The notes under the pieces are model-generated. The model saw only the letters and a program-made list of their open reading frames with translations. It was not told the origin of the DNA and searched no databases. Shown here piece after piece: positions 63,635-64,000 of a stretch of 64,000 nt of DNA. The DNA is taken from positions 15,162,974 to 15,226,973 of the forward strand of contig MU054187.1 in assembly GCA_013239625.1 (NCBI GenBank), written 5' to 3'. Source of the DNA: Lama guanicoe (lineage: Eukaryota). The position numbers and the translations under genes are program-made. The number at the start of each line of letters is the position of its first letter. Positions within the stretch are counted from its first letter, which is position 1.

Positions 63635-63820
63635 CTGGTCTCACTCGGTGGGTGGGGGTGGAGGGGTGGAGGGATGGGGGTGGGGAGTGGTGGTGACTCT
63701 TCTCCTCCAGGGGATATTTGACAATGTCTGGATACATTTTGATTCTTATAACCGGAGGTCAGCTACTGGTATCAGGTGGGTAGAGGCCAGGATGCTAAAT
63801 ATCCTATAACATCCAAGATG
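63635..63820 (+). mobile_element. MER20 hAT-Charlie MITE fragment with an expanded G-rich tract
   Basis: ccaggggatatttgacaatgtctggatacatttt...ctactggtatcaggtgggtagaggccaggatgctaaatatcctata. Confidence 0.85.
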
Positions 63821-63929
63821 AGAACTAGGGCTGGGAGAATGGTACCATCATTTTCCCAGGCTAGAAACCCACCTAATTAGTCAGTGGGTCTGGATAATGC
63901 CTATGATAACATTTTTAAGTGCACCCTTT

Positions 63930-64000
63930 TAATTTATTGAGTGCTTTCTGTGTGCCACTGAATTGTCTTAAGCATTTTCTATTTATTCATCCCCTTTGTT
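63930..64000 (-). mobile_element. MIR/L2 tail fragment
   Basis: atttattgagtgctttctgtgtgccactg...tcttaagcattt. Confidence 0.6.

Noticed and set aside
402..63809. ORFs of 60-128 aa in the six-frame track as protein-coding genes
   Set aside because: All are short, many use non-ATG starts, none resembles a host protein I recognise, and many lie inside L1, ERV, Tigger or simple repeats

Overview
AT-rich, CpG-depleted placental-mammal DNA that looks like a gene desert or a very large intron. I found no convincing protein-coding gene, RNA gene, CRISPR array or prokaryote-type system. The short ORFs are chance ORFs or decayed transposon sequence. A large part of the window is ancient interspersed repeats: L1, L2, MIR, MaLR (MLT1) and ERVL LTRs (LTR16/LTR33/MER21-like), two deleted ERVL proviral interiors, and DNA transposons (MER33, MER104, MER20, a Tigger6-like element and its MER82 MITE derivative). 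I saw no lineage-specific SINE. Together with a cetartiodactyl-like L1 3' end, this hints at a camelid-like genome (inference). The repeat-free stretches contain several motif-dense candidate enhancers (HOX/CDX+MEIS; ETS+RUNX+NF-kB+GATA), a candidate CTCF site, a few plus-strand exon-like segments (possible lncRNA) and small exact duplications. Family names come from recalled consensus sequences, not from a RepeatMasker run, and most repeat boundaries are approximate.
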